Part shown: piece by piece, positions 26,342 to 39,225 of the stretch
Layout: every line of letters begins with the position of its first letter
How positions within the stretch are numbered: the stretch's first letter is position 1
Assembly: GCA_051294375.1 (NCBI GenBank)
Contig: JBJCIZ010000239.1
Coordinates: 739,721-803,444, forward strand
DNA from: Paraspadella gotoi
Taxonomy: Eukaryota > Animalia > Chaetognatha
DNA length: 63,724 bases
Direction of reading: 5' to 3'
Position numbers and translations under genes: made by a program
Notes under the pieces: model-generated
Told to the model about the DNA's origin: nothing
What the model saw: only the letters and a program-made list of their open reading frames with translations
Databases searched by the model: none

Positions 26342-28533
26342 ATGCCCTCTGCCCATCGCGATTCCAACTGTTGTCTGGAAGTGAACAACCTACTCACGTT
26401 TTTGAACTCCCGAGGGACGATATAGAACACGCCAATCCAATATTTCATATCACTTCGGTACGAAACAAGTTGATAATAATTTGATAATTGATAATAATAA
26501 AAAATTTAAAAACTAATATAGTAAAACGAGTAAGCTTTTAATTTTTTATAATAGTTATTTAAAACATTAATAAAACAAAAAAATCGCTATTACAATGGCG
26601 AAAAAATAAATGATTACTTAAAACTTATTCGTGAGAAACATACATACTAATTAAGTAATTAGTTTTAATATATTCTAATAAATCTATGAAATTAATATTC
26701 GGTTTATATAGAATACAAATAGCGTTAATAGCTTTAATTCTTAAATTCGCCCAGTGAAATCTACGAAGTATAAATTAGGTTACTTAAGTAGTTTTTCAAA
26801 ACCCCAAAACCGCGGTCGGCGAAAGTAAAATTTAGCCCATTATTTTTATAATCACTACACCACGTTATTCACTGAATTTAGGCGTCGGCCACTGGTGACG
26901 AAGCCAGTTCAGAAAGACTAGTCGTGACTATGCGTTACGTGAATAGCAGAGGAGAACAACGTGAAGAAACTCTTTTATCTCTAAATGAGGGTAAGTTAGA
27001 CCCGAGTTATGATTGTAATGGTAATATATTGCATGATATATTACCATTACTATAAAATACTATAAAATTTACATATTTACATATATTAATTAAATTTTTA
27101 ATTTTATTGGGGTGTGGATTTGGAACTTTGGTAAAATTAAAATTATCAACGACTTAATTCTTTGTGACGGTCTCCAATTTTTTTTTAAATTTATGATTAA
27201 AAAAACATTTATTTTTTTAAATTGGATTTTAATTTTTGTGAAAATCTGTAAAAAAACTTATTTTTATATATTCTTCACATTAAATAAATACGTAATAAAA
27301 ATTTTATAGAAAAATAATTTTATTATTTTCAAAAAAATATTTTACAAATGAATTTCAAATCCTAGTAAAAAAAAATATTTATACAAAAAAGCTGATCATT
27401 ATATCATATTAATTGAACAAAATTAAGTAATATTTATTGAAAATATTTCTATATAAATACAAATATTGTAAAATTTTTATTTAAAACCAAATTCCGTCCA
27501 CCCAGGCGCGCAGAACGTAAAGTTAGAGCGCTGCATTCAGTGGAAGAATCACCGCGCCATCGCCGTGACTCTCACGGGCTCCGGACGAGTGACCATCAAG
27601 GCCACGGTCACTTGGGAAAAGTCGTCTTCTCGCCGGAACTCGGTCGCCTCCAACGCTACGGAATTGGACGCCCCCGACGTCCAGATGGACGACGACTCCA
27701 GAGCGGACGATCTCCTCGGCGCCGTCGGGGGCGCGCCCGACGATATGGGCGAGGAGAAGAGCTTCGCCAACGGACCGAGAGCCGGCGTTGGCGGGACGAG
27801 CCGAAGCGAGAAGGAGGAGGAGGAGGAAGAAGAAGACGACGACGAAATGGCCGACGAGACGGAACCCGAAGTCAGCTTGGCAGACGGAGCCGGTGCGAGC
27901 AGCGTGGCCGAGGATACGAGCACCGGGGAGACCGGATTCGAGAGCTTGGGAAGCTTTACTTGCGGAACGGAAAACGAAACTAGCGCCGCCGTATCGAGCG
28001 TTTGGGGCGGAGAGAGCGGGGCAGAGGCGAGCAACGAGGAAAGCTTGACCGACGTGACGCGAGCGGACGACACGCGAGCCGGGGAAAGCAGCTTTGCCGA
28101 CGCAACCAGCTTTGCCGACGCAACCAGCTTTGCCGACGCAACCATCGAGGGAAGCGTGACCGACGTGACGAGTATGGAAGAGGAAACGATCGAAGCCGAC
28201 AATAACGCCGATGCCGACGATACCGCCGATGCCGACAATACCGCCGATGCCGACAATACCGCCGATGCCGACGAACGTAGCATGGACGTGACCAAAACTG
28301 GGGACTTTTCGACCGACGATAGCAGTCGATCCGACTACCAGAGCGGCTTTAACGCCAGCATGATCGCTAACGTCGATTTGGAAGAATTGGCGCCGATGGA
28401 GGTGGAGGGAGGTGCCGTGGGAGGTGCGGAGGGAGGTGCTGTGGGAGGCGAAGCCACGGACTGCGATGCTAGAGACGGCGCCCAGCGCTCCAAGATGTCC
28501 GTTTTGGGAGAAGTTGTCTGGGGAGACATTTGA
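26342..28533 (+). CDS. Nucleoplasmin-like (NPL) domain protein with long acidic, repetitive C-terminal tail. Exons ~26342-26457, 26882-26990, 27506-28533
   Basis: Phase-compatible GT-AG exons read FQLLSGSEQPTHVFELP..FHITS/ASATGDEASSERLVVTMRYVNSRGEQREETLLSLNEG/AQNVKLE..AVTLTGSGRVTIKA, then EEEEEEEDDDE, SFADAT x3 and DNTADA repeats. AATAAA lies near 28727. The first ATG needs a 1-nt correction. The NPL assignment rests on pattern only. Confidence 0.6.
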
Positions 28534-30560
28534 AGTTGTTTTTGTATTTTTTGACGAACCAATTTTATAATTCGCGGTTTTTTTAAGTTAAATCGCCGAT
28601 TTGATTAATGATTACGAATGGAACCCTATGTTCATAGTAGAATGTTCGAAATATTTCCATTGCGTTTTTATTTGGGACCCTGATTTTATCGTTTAAGGCG
28701 AATTAAAATTTTTAATTTTAAAAAAAAATAAAGTTTGTAATGCTTTTGTTTGTTGCGTTGGAAAGCTAGTAAAAGTTCGAAATTAGTTATTTAGCCAACT
28801 AGGCATTACCTATTCATTTAATTTCCTGGGCGTTTAAAAGAGATTTCAAACTCGGATCAAAGCAAAATAAAATCGAAAACGGAGAGAAAGTGACAAAAAA
28901 AGTGTGATAATTTTAAAAAAGAAACTATGATAAAAAGGTAGCGTCTTTCCCTCGATTCGTCCTCTCCATCTATCGGTCCTCTCCATCCATCCGTTTCGTT
29001 TATCCGTCCATTTAGTACACGAACGATCTTCGATCCAGGACCGGTCCCCTTCGAAACCCCCCCCCCCTTCTCGGAGTCCGTTCTTCCAAAAGTCATCCCT
29101 CGATCCCTGAAAGAGGACTTCCCTCAATAGCCGGGTTGGCACGCCGCGGGTTCGTGGCCCAAGATTCACGACCCTAAGACGGGAAGAGGAGGAGGAGGAG
29201 GAAAAAAAATAGCTCTCCTATCACCGGCTTTTTTTTTTCTCACTCTGCCAGGGGACGATAATTGTTCTCTTTCGCGTTAGAAACGTAATGGAAGAAAAAG
29301 ATTAAATTAATACTAAACGAAAAGTTTTATATTTACCTTCCAAGTTCTTCTACCATATTTATTCGTTTTTTTTTTTTAAATACTTTTTATAAAGTTCTGA
29401 AATAAGTTTTTTTGAACAGCTTACCCCCGATAAATTTTCGCCGGGTGTACGATACAAGTTTGCCCGACGTTTATATTTCTCGGGCAGAAAAAGATTCGAG
29501 TCTCATTTATTTTCGATGCCCGAAAGGAAAGAGATGACCGAGTCGGGGCGAACCCGGTCTTTCTGCCAAGTTCTCTACATTCTGTACTCGGAACAAAACT
29601 CGGTGGCCGATAAAAGATCTTTTTCAACTTATTTTGGGGTAAATTTACTATTCGACGTCCGCAACCAACCCTAGCTACCAACGGTCGGTGGTTTGTTAAA
29701 ACTTAGAATTTTGTTTTTCCTTCAAGCGTCGAGTTTTTATAAACATAAATTTTTTGTTAGTTTAAAACCGGAATTGAACATATTAAAAAACTTAAATTTC
29801 GGTTCATAACGTAAGCCTTCATCGGCGTAAAAAACGAATTGATTGGTGAAACAAATATTGGCTAAATTTAAAATTAAAAAATATTATTTGGCGTTATTTT
29901 AATTTCGCCGATCAGGGTTAGAGAGGGTTAGTTAGGGTAGGGTATTTCGGGTACTTAGCTTCCCTATCAATAAAATGGTATAATGATTTAGAGAATGTTT
30001 CAATTTATGAAAAGATTACTCCCTTAAGTATTAGATCGGGGATTACTATATTGTATTCCGCCCAGCATCAAAATACAATAAAAATATATATGTCGTCATA
30101 AAAAATGAAAAACTAACCGACCGCAAAATCCGGGTCGGCAAATGTAAAATTAAGCCCACCGGTTTTTTTTATATCCTGCACAACTGGAAGTATGAGTTGC
30201 TAAAATATCTCAAACGGTGAAAACGACGATGACGAAGACGATGACGATGATGAAGATGATGATGAAGATGATGATTTCCCGTGGAAACTGATCCACAAAA
30301 CTCTGAACACATTAAATGATTATTGTTGTATTTAATTTTATCGGATTCTGCATTATTTTGAAATTGATTTTTACTGAAGCCTCCGTTTCTGGAATTATTT
30401 TATGAAATTGTCTCTTGCTCGAAATAAATCTTTCGATTATCTGATAAGGCATCGACTGGTCTGAATAAAAATATATTATGGTTTATTTTTTATTAGATAT
30501 TTTATTTTGTTCATTGTTTTTCTCTATCAGTAGTACAGAATTTCACCGCATAACCGAACG

Positions 30561-33500
30561 ATGGCGCTCGAATTGAAACGGATCTTGATCAGCGACGAAG
30601 TTGACGCCAAATGCGTCGAGATTCTGGCCGCCAATGGCATTGATGCCGCCAAGAAGACCAAGTTGAGCAAAGAGGAGCTGATGGAAGAGATTAAAGATTA
30701 CGACGGGCTCATCGTCAGATCCGCGACCAAAGTGACCAAGGTAAAGGACCCTTTTTTTTCGGGAGATCGGATACAACGAAGTATCGATTCTTTGATGGTT
30801 GTACTTTTTTGAAAATCCTATTAACTAGTATTATTTACCAAGATTTATATCACGAAATTTTGTTGAAACAGAAATATTTAATAATTGAGAGTAAAAAAAA
30901 AAAATAACTGATAACCACTTCATTAGAAGGTTTAGAAACATTCACTTTAAATTTACTGTTTTTTTTCATAATTTTTTATAAATCAGCATGTTTTTTATAA
31001 GTTTTTTTATTTTTTAATGTCCAAAATAAAAACCCAAAACTTTAACTTGAAAAAAGTTAAAAGGGATTAAATTTAAATTAAATTAAATTAAATTTAAACA
31101 GATCAAACTAATTTAAAGTAAATCTAAAAAATTTTTTCCAGGACGTCATCAATTCGGGATCGCGTCTCAAAATCGTCGGGCGCGCCGGAACCGGCGTCGA
31201 CAACGTCGACATCGACGCCGCCACGCGAAAGGGCGTCATCGTCATGAACACTCCGGGCGGAAACACGATCAGTGCCACCGAACACACCTGCGCGCTCATC
31301 TGCGCTCTTTCGAGGCGAGAATTCGGTCTAAAATCTCATTAGCGTATTGTAGAATGAAATTGCCAACGTGTTTAAAGCACAAATTTTAAAACTCTTTATG
31401 TATAATCTCTTAAGTGTAAAATATTTTTTTTTAAATTAACTTAAAAACCAAAGAAATAATAGTTCGTTTTTTTAAATATTTTACTATAAATTTTACAACT
31501 TATAATATTTGTAGACATTGTGATTAAACTTTCTTTCGTTATGTTAATTATAATAATAATTTTAATTCGTTTTCTCACCCTAGAAACGTTGCCGCCGGTG
31601 ACTCCTCCATGAAAGCCGGCCGTTGGGACAGGAAGTTGTTCATGGGTCACGAATTGGCGGGAAAGACTTTGGCGCTCGTGGGCTTGGGTCAGATCGGGAA
31701 GCAGGTGGCGCTGCGAATGCAGGCCTTCGGGATGCGGACGATCGGATTCGACCCTCTCGTCCCCAAAGAGGCCGCGGCGGAGTTTGGCGTCGAAAGCTTC
31801 GAGTAAATTGCATAGTGATTTTGTTATTGTTTTCAGGGTTCATTTGTTTTTTTGTTTTTTTTTGGTTTTATCTATTTTGTTTTCGCCTTTTGTTTGTTTT
31901 GTTTTTCATTAAATTTTTGTTTCATTTGTTTTTTGGTTTTATCTATTTTGTTTTCATATTGATTTTGGTTTTGCCTTTTTGTTTGTTTTGCTTTTTCATT
32001 AAATTTTTGTTTCATTTGTTTTTTGGTTTTATCTATTTTGTTTTCATATTGATTTTGGTTTTGCCTTTTGTTTTGTTTTGCCTTTTCATTCAATTTTTGT
32101 TTCATTTTTTTTTTTGTTTCTCAACCAAGCCTACCCCAGCTCTGGCCCCAAGCCGACTACATCACGGTCCACGTCCCACTAATTCCCGGGAAAACGTCCA
32201 ACCTGATCGACGCCTCGGTTCTCGGCGCCTGCAAACCCGGCGTCCGGATCCTCAACGTCGCGCGCGGCGGAATCATCGACGAGGCGGCGCTCTTGGCGGC
32301 GCTGCATTCCGGCGCCGTCGGGGGCGCCGGTTTGGACGTGTTTTGCTCGGAGCCGCCGACGGGAGTGAGCGCCGAGTTGGTTAAGCATCCGAAGGTGAGG
32401 GTTGGCCAAAATGGGGGGAGGGAGTTATTTTTAAACATTTAGTTATACTTCGTAAATCTTTACTTTTAACTTTACGGCAAACAGCCGGGTTGCCTGTGAC
32501 GCCCATTGGGATGGGGCATCTCGCTGTTGGCTTTGGGGGGCTTCCGAACCTCAGTAACGCCTTCTGTTTCTGGCGCGGTTACCCTCGGACGGTGTTCGCT
32601 TTGCCCACGCAGAGGGAAGTCGTTAGGACTAGGGTTCCGTTAACCGTTAATTTTTGAGGAACTGTGGAATTGGAAACTAAGGTTCTGGGATGGTGTGTTC
32701 CCCTTCTGAGCCAATGGGATTGGCTGAACGATGGTGGACGTGAGGCGGTGTGAATATTCCGCACAAACTTGCGGGCCAGGAATTTAACATTTTTACCATT
32801 TATTAAATAGTCTACAATAAAAGTATTTTTTTTCTTTTTCAAACCAAATTGATTTATGATGATAGATTTTGATTAAATACCTTTTCCTCATGCATGGAAG
32901 CATTTAATATTTAAACAATAAAATTAATATATAAGAAATGATTAAAAGAAATTTTAAGAAATTTAAATTTTTAAAAATGGATTTTGATAAATATTAAAAA
33001 AATTTTAACAAACGAATTACGTAGTAATTTAAATTTAAATAAGTACAACTTAAGACATTCATTATGTAATTTAACAATTAACTTTCCACCAGGTCATCGC
33101 CCACCCTCACCTAGGCGCCTCACAATCGAGGCTCAAAAACGAGTCGCCGTCGAGATCGCCCCAACAGTTCGTGGATCTCGCCCAGGGGAAGGCGCCTTCG
33201 CGCCGTCAACGCCCCGCCGTCGCCAACACGCTCGATCCCGCAGCGGGCCGTGGATTCGCCTCACCAAGACTCGGACGAGTTCTCTATTCGGCGGCGGCGC
33301 CATTCCGACCGACGCCGTGAGATCACTCTGACGGCGTTCGGCGCCGAGTTGGAAAAGGCGCGCTACTTGCTGAATTCCGCGCTGGTGGGCGTGTTGCACG
33401 CGGCCACGCCCAACGGGTTTAACCTCGTCAACCCCCCCCTTTGTTCGCGCGGGAGAAGAACATCGCCGCCAAGTTTGTCTACGGAGGCTCTGCTCGCGCC

Positions 33501-36500
33501 GTGCTGCGTCGACGCTGCCGTAGAGCTCCGCGTCAGCGCAGCTGGACGAGAGTTCCTCGTACTCGGCACGGCGTCGTCCACCGGCGCTCAACTCCTGCGT
33601 CTAAACGACGCCGTTTTTTAAATCCGGCGCGCCGTTGGATGGCGCCACTGTCGTCTTTAAAACGACGCCGGACGCGATTCCGCGAGTCTTGACGTCCGTA
33701 ATCGGAAAGGGGCGCGCCCTGGAATCGTTGACGGCGTCGCGGCGTCTGAGGAGGGAAGCGTCTGGGCGACGTTGAAAGTTGACGAGAGTTGGAAGCTGGT
33801 GCGCTGGAGAATTCATTGAGGATCGAATGGGTTCGGCAATTGCAACATCTTTGATGTTACGAAATCCGCCACAAGAAGACGAGACACATTATGAAGCTTA
33901 CATTTTCATTGTTTTCTTGTACATAAACATATGCAACTTTTTATGTTATTATTGTTAAAATTGTTTTTAAACTAGTGAAAATTTTTTAAAACATTTCCTT
34001 AACTCGTTTTTAATGTCTACTATTTGCTTTCCATTTTTAGAAACATCTAGTAATAATTTTCGAATTATCACTCTGTTTAAACTTATTAAACAAACTATAT
34101 AACGAAATCTCAAAAAAATGACTTCTCGGTTGTCAACTTTGCTCCGGGCGGCCAAACTTCCCTTGGAGGTAAAGTCGCTTCATAATTAAATATTAATGAT
34201 TAAATGTATTAAATCGAAACACACATTTTATTTAAGGTTTTGGAAAAGTTCAGGACGAAATGTTGAACTACAAGAAGACCGGATGTTCAGTGATGGAGTT
34301 GTCCCATCGCGGGGCGGATTTCAACAACATCATCAAACAGGCCGAAAAGAATTTACGAGAACTTTGGAACATTCCCGACAATTACAAGTTTAATTTTGTT
34401 TTCCCCTTTGTTGGTCTGTCTGTCTGTCTCGCTATGTTTTCATGATCTCACCTTCTCTGATTGGTCGAGAGAGAAACCTCCTCTCTGATTGGTCGAGAGA
34501 GAAGAAAAGGTAGAAAAGGCAGAAAAGCCAAACGAGACGAGCTAGAACAAGCTACACGATCAATCCGTTTTCCTGCGATGCTAGTAAAGTAAAAAAAAAT
34601 AAAAAATTACGACAAAGAAGACGTTATTTCCCGCGGGGGTTTAAAATCATTTCATCTATTATCTCTTTATTATATATATTATATATATAATAATATTAAT
34701 ATCTGGTTCCACTCGCGAAAAGACCAGATCGTCAATCCTGTTGTGATTCGCCTTTTCACTCGTCAAGTTCTGTGAAACAGGCGCGGCGATGGCGGAACTA
34801 TGACAGCGCCGTCTGTGATAAGTTGAGGGCAAACCGTTGACGAGGAACGAGGTTGATGGAGGGCCTGATGATAGATAAGGGGGGGGGTGTGATACAGACG
34901 GAACGAACTTTTTGATCTGTTAAATTTAACCGTATTTTGTTTTAAATTAAATTAAATCTAACCACATTTTATTTTAGAATGGTTCTAACCATTCGGAACG
35001 GGTCCCCAAGCCAATGAGTGACTTGTAGTCGGGCATAGCCATGAGTAAACCCGCCTGCGTGTGGACGGTCGTAAACCGCCTTGGGGCGTGGAAAACCCGA
35101 TTGCCTGATCTAAGCTCGGGAACCCGTTGTATGGTGCTAGAGGGGTTAGAGAAGTTGCGAATAGCAGTCTTCAGCCCACTTAGCGCCTTAACCACGACGG
35201 TCAGCAAACCTACAGTTTCAATGTTCAGATTCCCTGAGCGAATTAGGTGTGATGACATAAGCACGCTATCACGCTCACTCTTATTGGTCACTTGATAAAT
35301 TATTTTCGTAAAACTTATTTTAATTTTATTACCCTATTCATATATTTACTATATGATTCAAAAATTATTACTAAATAAATAATAAATGAATAAATGAACG
35401 AAAACTTTGAATTAACGACGAGATAGTGATATATCCTATTAGGAATTGAAGCCAGGTACTCCAGAAGTGGATAAACAAGACTACGAGAGAGTCTTTGATT
35501 GAAAAGCTTGCAGGACCCGCTACGTCATTATCTGTAAGAGCGATGGAAGCCTTAAACCACCAAAATCCCGTCCCAAAATCAAAGAATCAAGATAGCTTAA
35601 TTTTTTATTTATTACATCGGTCATACCAATTTCGTACAATAAAACAAGACCTTCAACAAAGCGCTGATCATGTTCTCGAACCGCCCATGAAGTGGGGATT
35701 GCTGCCAAACATGCTCCCGTCGATAGCGACGGTGACCAAATCCCGCGGATGCGGCGAATGATGGCGCGACGCCGGCCCGCCGCCAAGTACGCCGCCCGAG
35801 TTGTCACCGTCTCGCAGACTTTCTTGATGATGCGACAGTTGTAATTGTCACGCCGCGAAGAGCCAAAGTCTGTGGGGGTGGAGATCGTTGGGTGGGGTGA
35901 ATACGANNNNNNNNNNNNNNNNNNNNNNNNNTTTATTAATTGAATGGTTGAATGATCGATTGATCAAAAGAATTATTAATTAATGAATATTTTTTTAAAT
36001 TTTATTAAAGTAAAGTATATCATCATTGATGGATAGTTTTAGTTAGCCTTAATGTCTTTTCAAAGATTCATTCCTTCTATTGTTCATCTTTTAAATGTTT
36101 TCTAATAGTTTTTTTATTTTAGTTTTTTTTTTTCATTCATTCGGCTTTATTTTATTTACTTCTTTGTTCGTTTTAAAAATTGAAAGAAAAAGCTAAAAAA
36201 AGTAAAATAAGAAAGATTATTTATTTTTTTTATTAGCAAAATAGAATATTATTGCATGTAAAAATTTGATTTGCAAAAAAAAATATGCAAATGCATATTC
36301 TATTTCAAAATATTCTTTGATGTAAATGTAAAAAATTAGCTGAAAGAAAAAACGAAAACAATTGGGAGAAAGTAAGTAAAAAAAATACTGGAAGGGCAGA
36401 AAAAATGATAATAGATTAGGATAAAAAAAGATTAAAAGGGTTGAAAATAACAAAGAAAAAAATAGGAAAATGTAGAACAGAGAGAGGGGGAAAAATATAG

Positions 36501-38928
36501 TGAGAAAGGGAGAGGAGAATAAGGAAAAAAAAATTTTTTCTTAAAAAATCAAAGTTTTCTTAACAAAAAAAACCAAAAATCATACTTGAAAATTAACCGA
36601 ATTTAACCGTTAAAATGATTATATTAACGGTTAAGTTAAAATTATTTTTAATCGTTAATTTCGTCCCCAAGAGGCCGCGGCGGAGTTTGGTCGTCGGAAA
36701 GCTTCGAGTAAAATTGCATAGTGATTTTGTTAATTTGTTTTGGAGGGTCATTTGTTTTGTTTTTTTTTTTTTGGTTTTATCTATTTTGTTTTCGCCTTTT
36801 GTTTGGTAATTTATGTTTTTCAATTAAATTTTATGTTCTTTGTTTTTTGAGTTTTATTAATTTTGTTTCATATTGAATTTTGGTTTTGCCTTTTGTTTAG
36901 GTGTTTGCTTTTTCATTAAATTTTTTGTTTTCATTTGTGTTTTTTTGTTTTATATCTATTTTGTTTTATCTATTGATTTCTGGTTTTGTGCCCTTTTTGT
37001 TTTGTTTTTGCCTTTTTTCAATTATTTTGTTTCATTTTTTTTTTTTTGTTCTCACCAACCTACCCTAGCTCTGGCCTCAAGCCGACGAATACATCACGAG
37101 GTTCACAACGTCCACTAAATTCCGCGTTGAAACGTAGACCTGATGACGGGCCTCGGTTTTACGGCAGCCTGCAAACCGGCGTCGCGGATCCTGCAACGTC
37201 GGCGCGCGGCGGAATCATCTGACGAGGCGGCGCTCTTAGGGCGCTGCATATCCGGCGCCGTCGCGGGGCGCCGGTTATGCGACGTGTTATTGCTCAGGAG
37301 CCAGACCGACGGGGAGTGAGCGGAGTTGGTTAAGCATCGAAAGGGTGAGGTTTGGCAAAAATGGGGGAGAGGATGTATTGTATTTTTTGAAACTATTTAG
37401 TTATACTTCATAAATCTTTACTTTAACTGTTATAGCAATAACAGCCGGTGTTGCCTGTGACGCCATTCTGTGGGATGGGGCATCATCACTGTTGGTTTGG
37501 GGTTCCGACCCTTAGTAACGCCCTCTGTCTACTGGCACGGTTACACTGAGAACGGTCTACAGCTTTTGCAACAGCAGAGAGAGCAGTCGTTAGGACTGTG
37601 GATGGAACACTAGCGGATGGTGGTTTCCCCCTCTGAGCAATGGTATTGGCTGAACGGTGGATCGTGAGGCGGTGTCAATATTCCGCACAACTTGGCGGGC
37701 GGAATTATAACATTTTTTTACCAATTATGAAATAGTCTGCAATAAAAGTATTTTTTTTTTTTTCAAACCAAATTGATTTATGATGATAGATTTTTGATTA
37801 AATTCCTTTTCCTCAATGCATGGAATGATGGATATCTAATATTTAAAAAAAAATGATATATAAGAAATGATTAAAAAAATTTTTAAGAATTTTAATTTTT
37901 AAAATGGATTTTGATAAATATTAAAAATCGTTAGATGAAGGTTAGTATTGCAAAATTTTAGGAAAAATTTAAGAATAAATGGGTTAAAATAATTAAAAAA
38001 AAACTTTTTAAAAAATCATTTAATCATCATTTATTCAATAAATTGATTCAGTTTTATNNNNNNNNNNNNNNNNNNNNNNNNNTAATTTTCTTGATGTACA
38101 TCATTCCTCATCATTTAACAAACGAATTACGTAGTAATTTAAATTTAAATAAGTACAACTTCATTATGTTAATTTAACAATTAACTTTCCCACCAGGTCA
38201 TCGCCACCCCTCACCTGGGCGCCTCAACAATCGAGGCTCAAAAACGAGTGGCAGTCGAGATCGCCCAACAGTTCGTGGATCTCGCCCAGGGGAAGGCGCT
38301 CTTCGGCGCCGTCAACGCCCCCGCCGTCGCCAACACGCTCGATCCCCGCAGCGGCCCGTGGATTCGCCTCACCCAAGACCTCGGACGAGTTCTCTATTCG
38401 GCGGCGGCGCCATTCCCGACCGACGCCGTGGAGATCACTCTGACGGCGTTCGGCGCCGAGTTGGAAAAGGCGCGCTACTTGCTGAATTCCGCGCTGGTGG
38501 GCGTGTTGCACGCGGCCACGCCCAACGGGTTTAACCTCGTCAACGCCCCCTTGTTCGCCGCGGAGAAGAACATCTCCGCCAAGTTTGTCTACGGAGGCTC
38601 TGCTGCGCCGTGCTGCGTCGACGCTGCCGTAGAGCTCCGCGTCAGCGCAGCTGGACGAGAGTTCCACGTACTCGGCACGGCGTCGTCCACCGGCGCTCAA
38701 CTCCTGCGTCTAAACGACGCCGTTTTTAAATCCGGCGCGCCGTTGGATGGCGCCACTGTCGTCTTTAAAACGACGCCGGACGCGATTCCGCGAGTCTTGA
38801 CGTCCGTAATCGGAAAGGGGCGCGCCCTGGAATCGTTGACGGCGTCGGCGGCGTCTGAGGAAGGAAGCGTCTGGGCGACGTTGAAAGTTGACGGAGAGTT
38901 GGAAGCTGGTGCGCTGGAGATTCATTGA
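30561..38928 (+). CDS. PHGDH: D-3-phosphoglycerate dehydrogenase, 5 coding exons: 30561-30740, 31142-31314, 31584-31802, 32130-32394, 38197-38928 (522 aa)
   Basis: Phase-compatible exons give [88 protein letters not shown]. Catalytic Arg/Glu/His motifs are present and the exon lengths sum to 1569 nt (523 codons including stop). Confidence 0.95.
31855..32110 (+). repeat. T-rich ~85-bp tandem repeat in PHGDH intron 3
   Basis: About 3 units of TTTTGGTTTTATCTATTTTGTTTTC...TTCATTAAATTTTTGTTTCATTTG. Confidence 0.8.
32473..32765 (-). mobile_element. Solo LTR of TRIM family 1 (also present in duplicate block at ~37430-37688)
   Basis: Reverse complement matches 43149-43403; ACTT-like flanks. Confidence 0.8.
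33093..33819 (+). pseudogene. PHGDH: Indel-ridden second copy of PHGDH last exon (probably assembly duplicate)
   Basis: Near-identical to 38197-38928 but with many 1-nt indels that break the frame. Confidence 0.8.
34118..34388 (+). pseudogene. PSAT1: Second copy of PSAT1 exons 1-2 (34118-34168, 34237-34388), probably assembly duplicate
   Basis: Duplicate of 39226-39503 with different indels; reads [43 protein letters not shown]. Confidence 0.8.
34700..35870 (-). pseudogene. Indel-ridden duplicate of the last two hexokinase-like exons
   Basis: Matches 39790-41020 (TTRAAYLAA.. etc.) within the tandem duplicated block. Confidence 0.75.
36660..37343 (+). pseudogene. PHGDH: Indel-ridden copy of PHGDH exon 3 end, intron 3 and exon 4 (probably assembly duplicate)
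   Basis: Matches 31757-32394 with dense insertion errors and lies between 25-N gaps. Confidence 0.8.
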
Positions 38929-39124
38929 AGGATCGATGGGTTCGTCGATTGCAACATCTTTGATGTTAGGAAATCAGCCACAAGAGGACGGGACACTTTA
39001 TGAAGCTTACATTTTCATTGTTTTTTCTTGTCATAAAACATATGCAACTTTTATGTTATTATTGTTAAAATTGTTTTTAAACTAGTGAAAATTTTTTAAA
39101 CATTTTCCTTACTCGTTTTAATGT

Positions 39125-39146
39125 CTACTATTTGCTTCATTTTTAG
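39125..39146 (+). promoter_or_regulatory. Splice-acceptor-like site ~80 nt upstream of the PSAT1 ATG (candidate trans-splice acceptor)
   Basis: CTACTATTTGCTTCATTTTTAG, also present in the duplicate copy ending at 34040; no strong donor between the PHGDH stop and this site. Confidence 0.35.
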
Positions 39147-39225
39147 AAACATCTAGTAATAATTTTTCGAATTATCACTCTGTTATAAACTTATTAAACA
39201 AACTAATAACGAAATCTCAAAAAAA

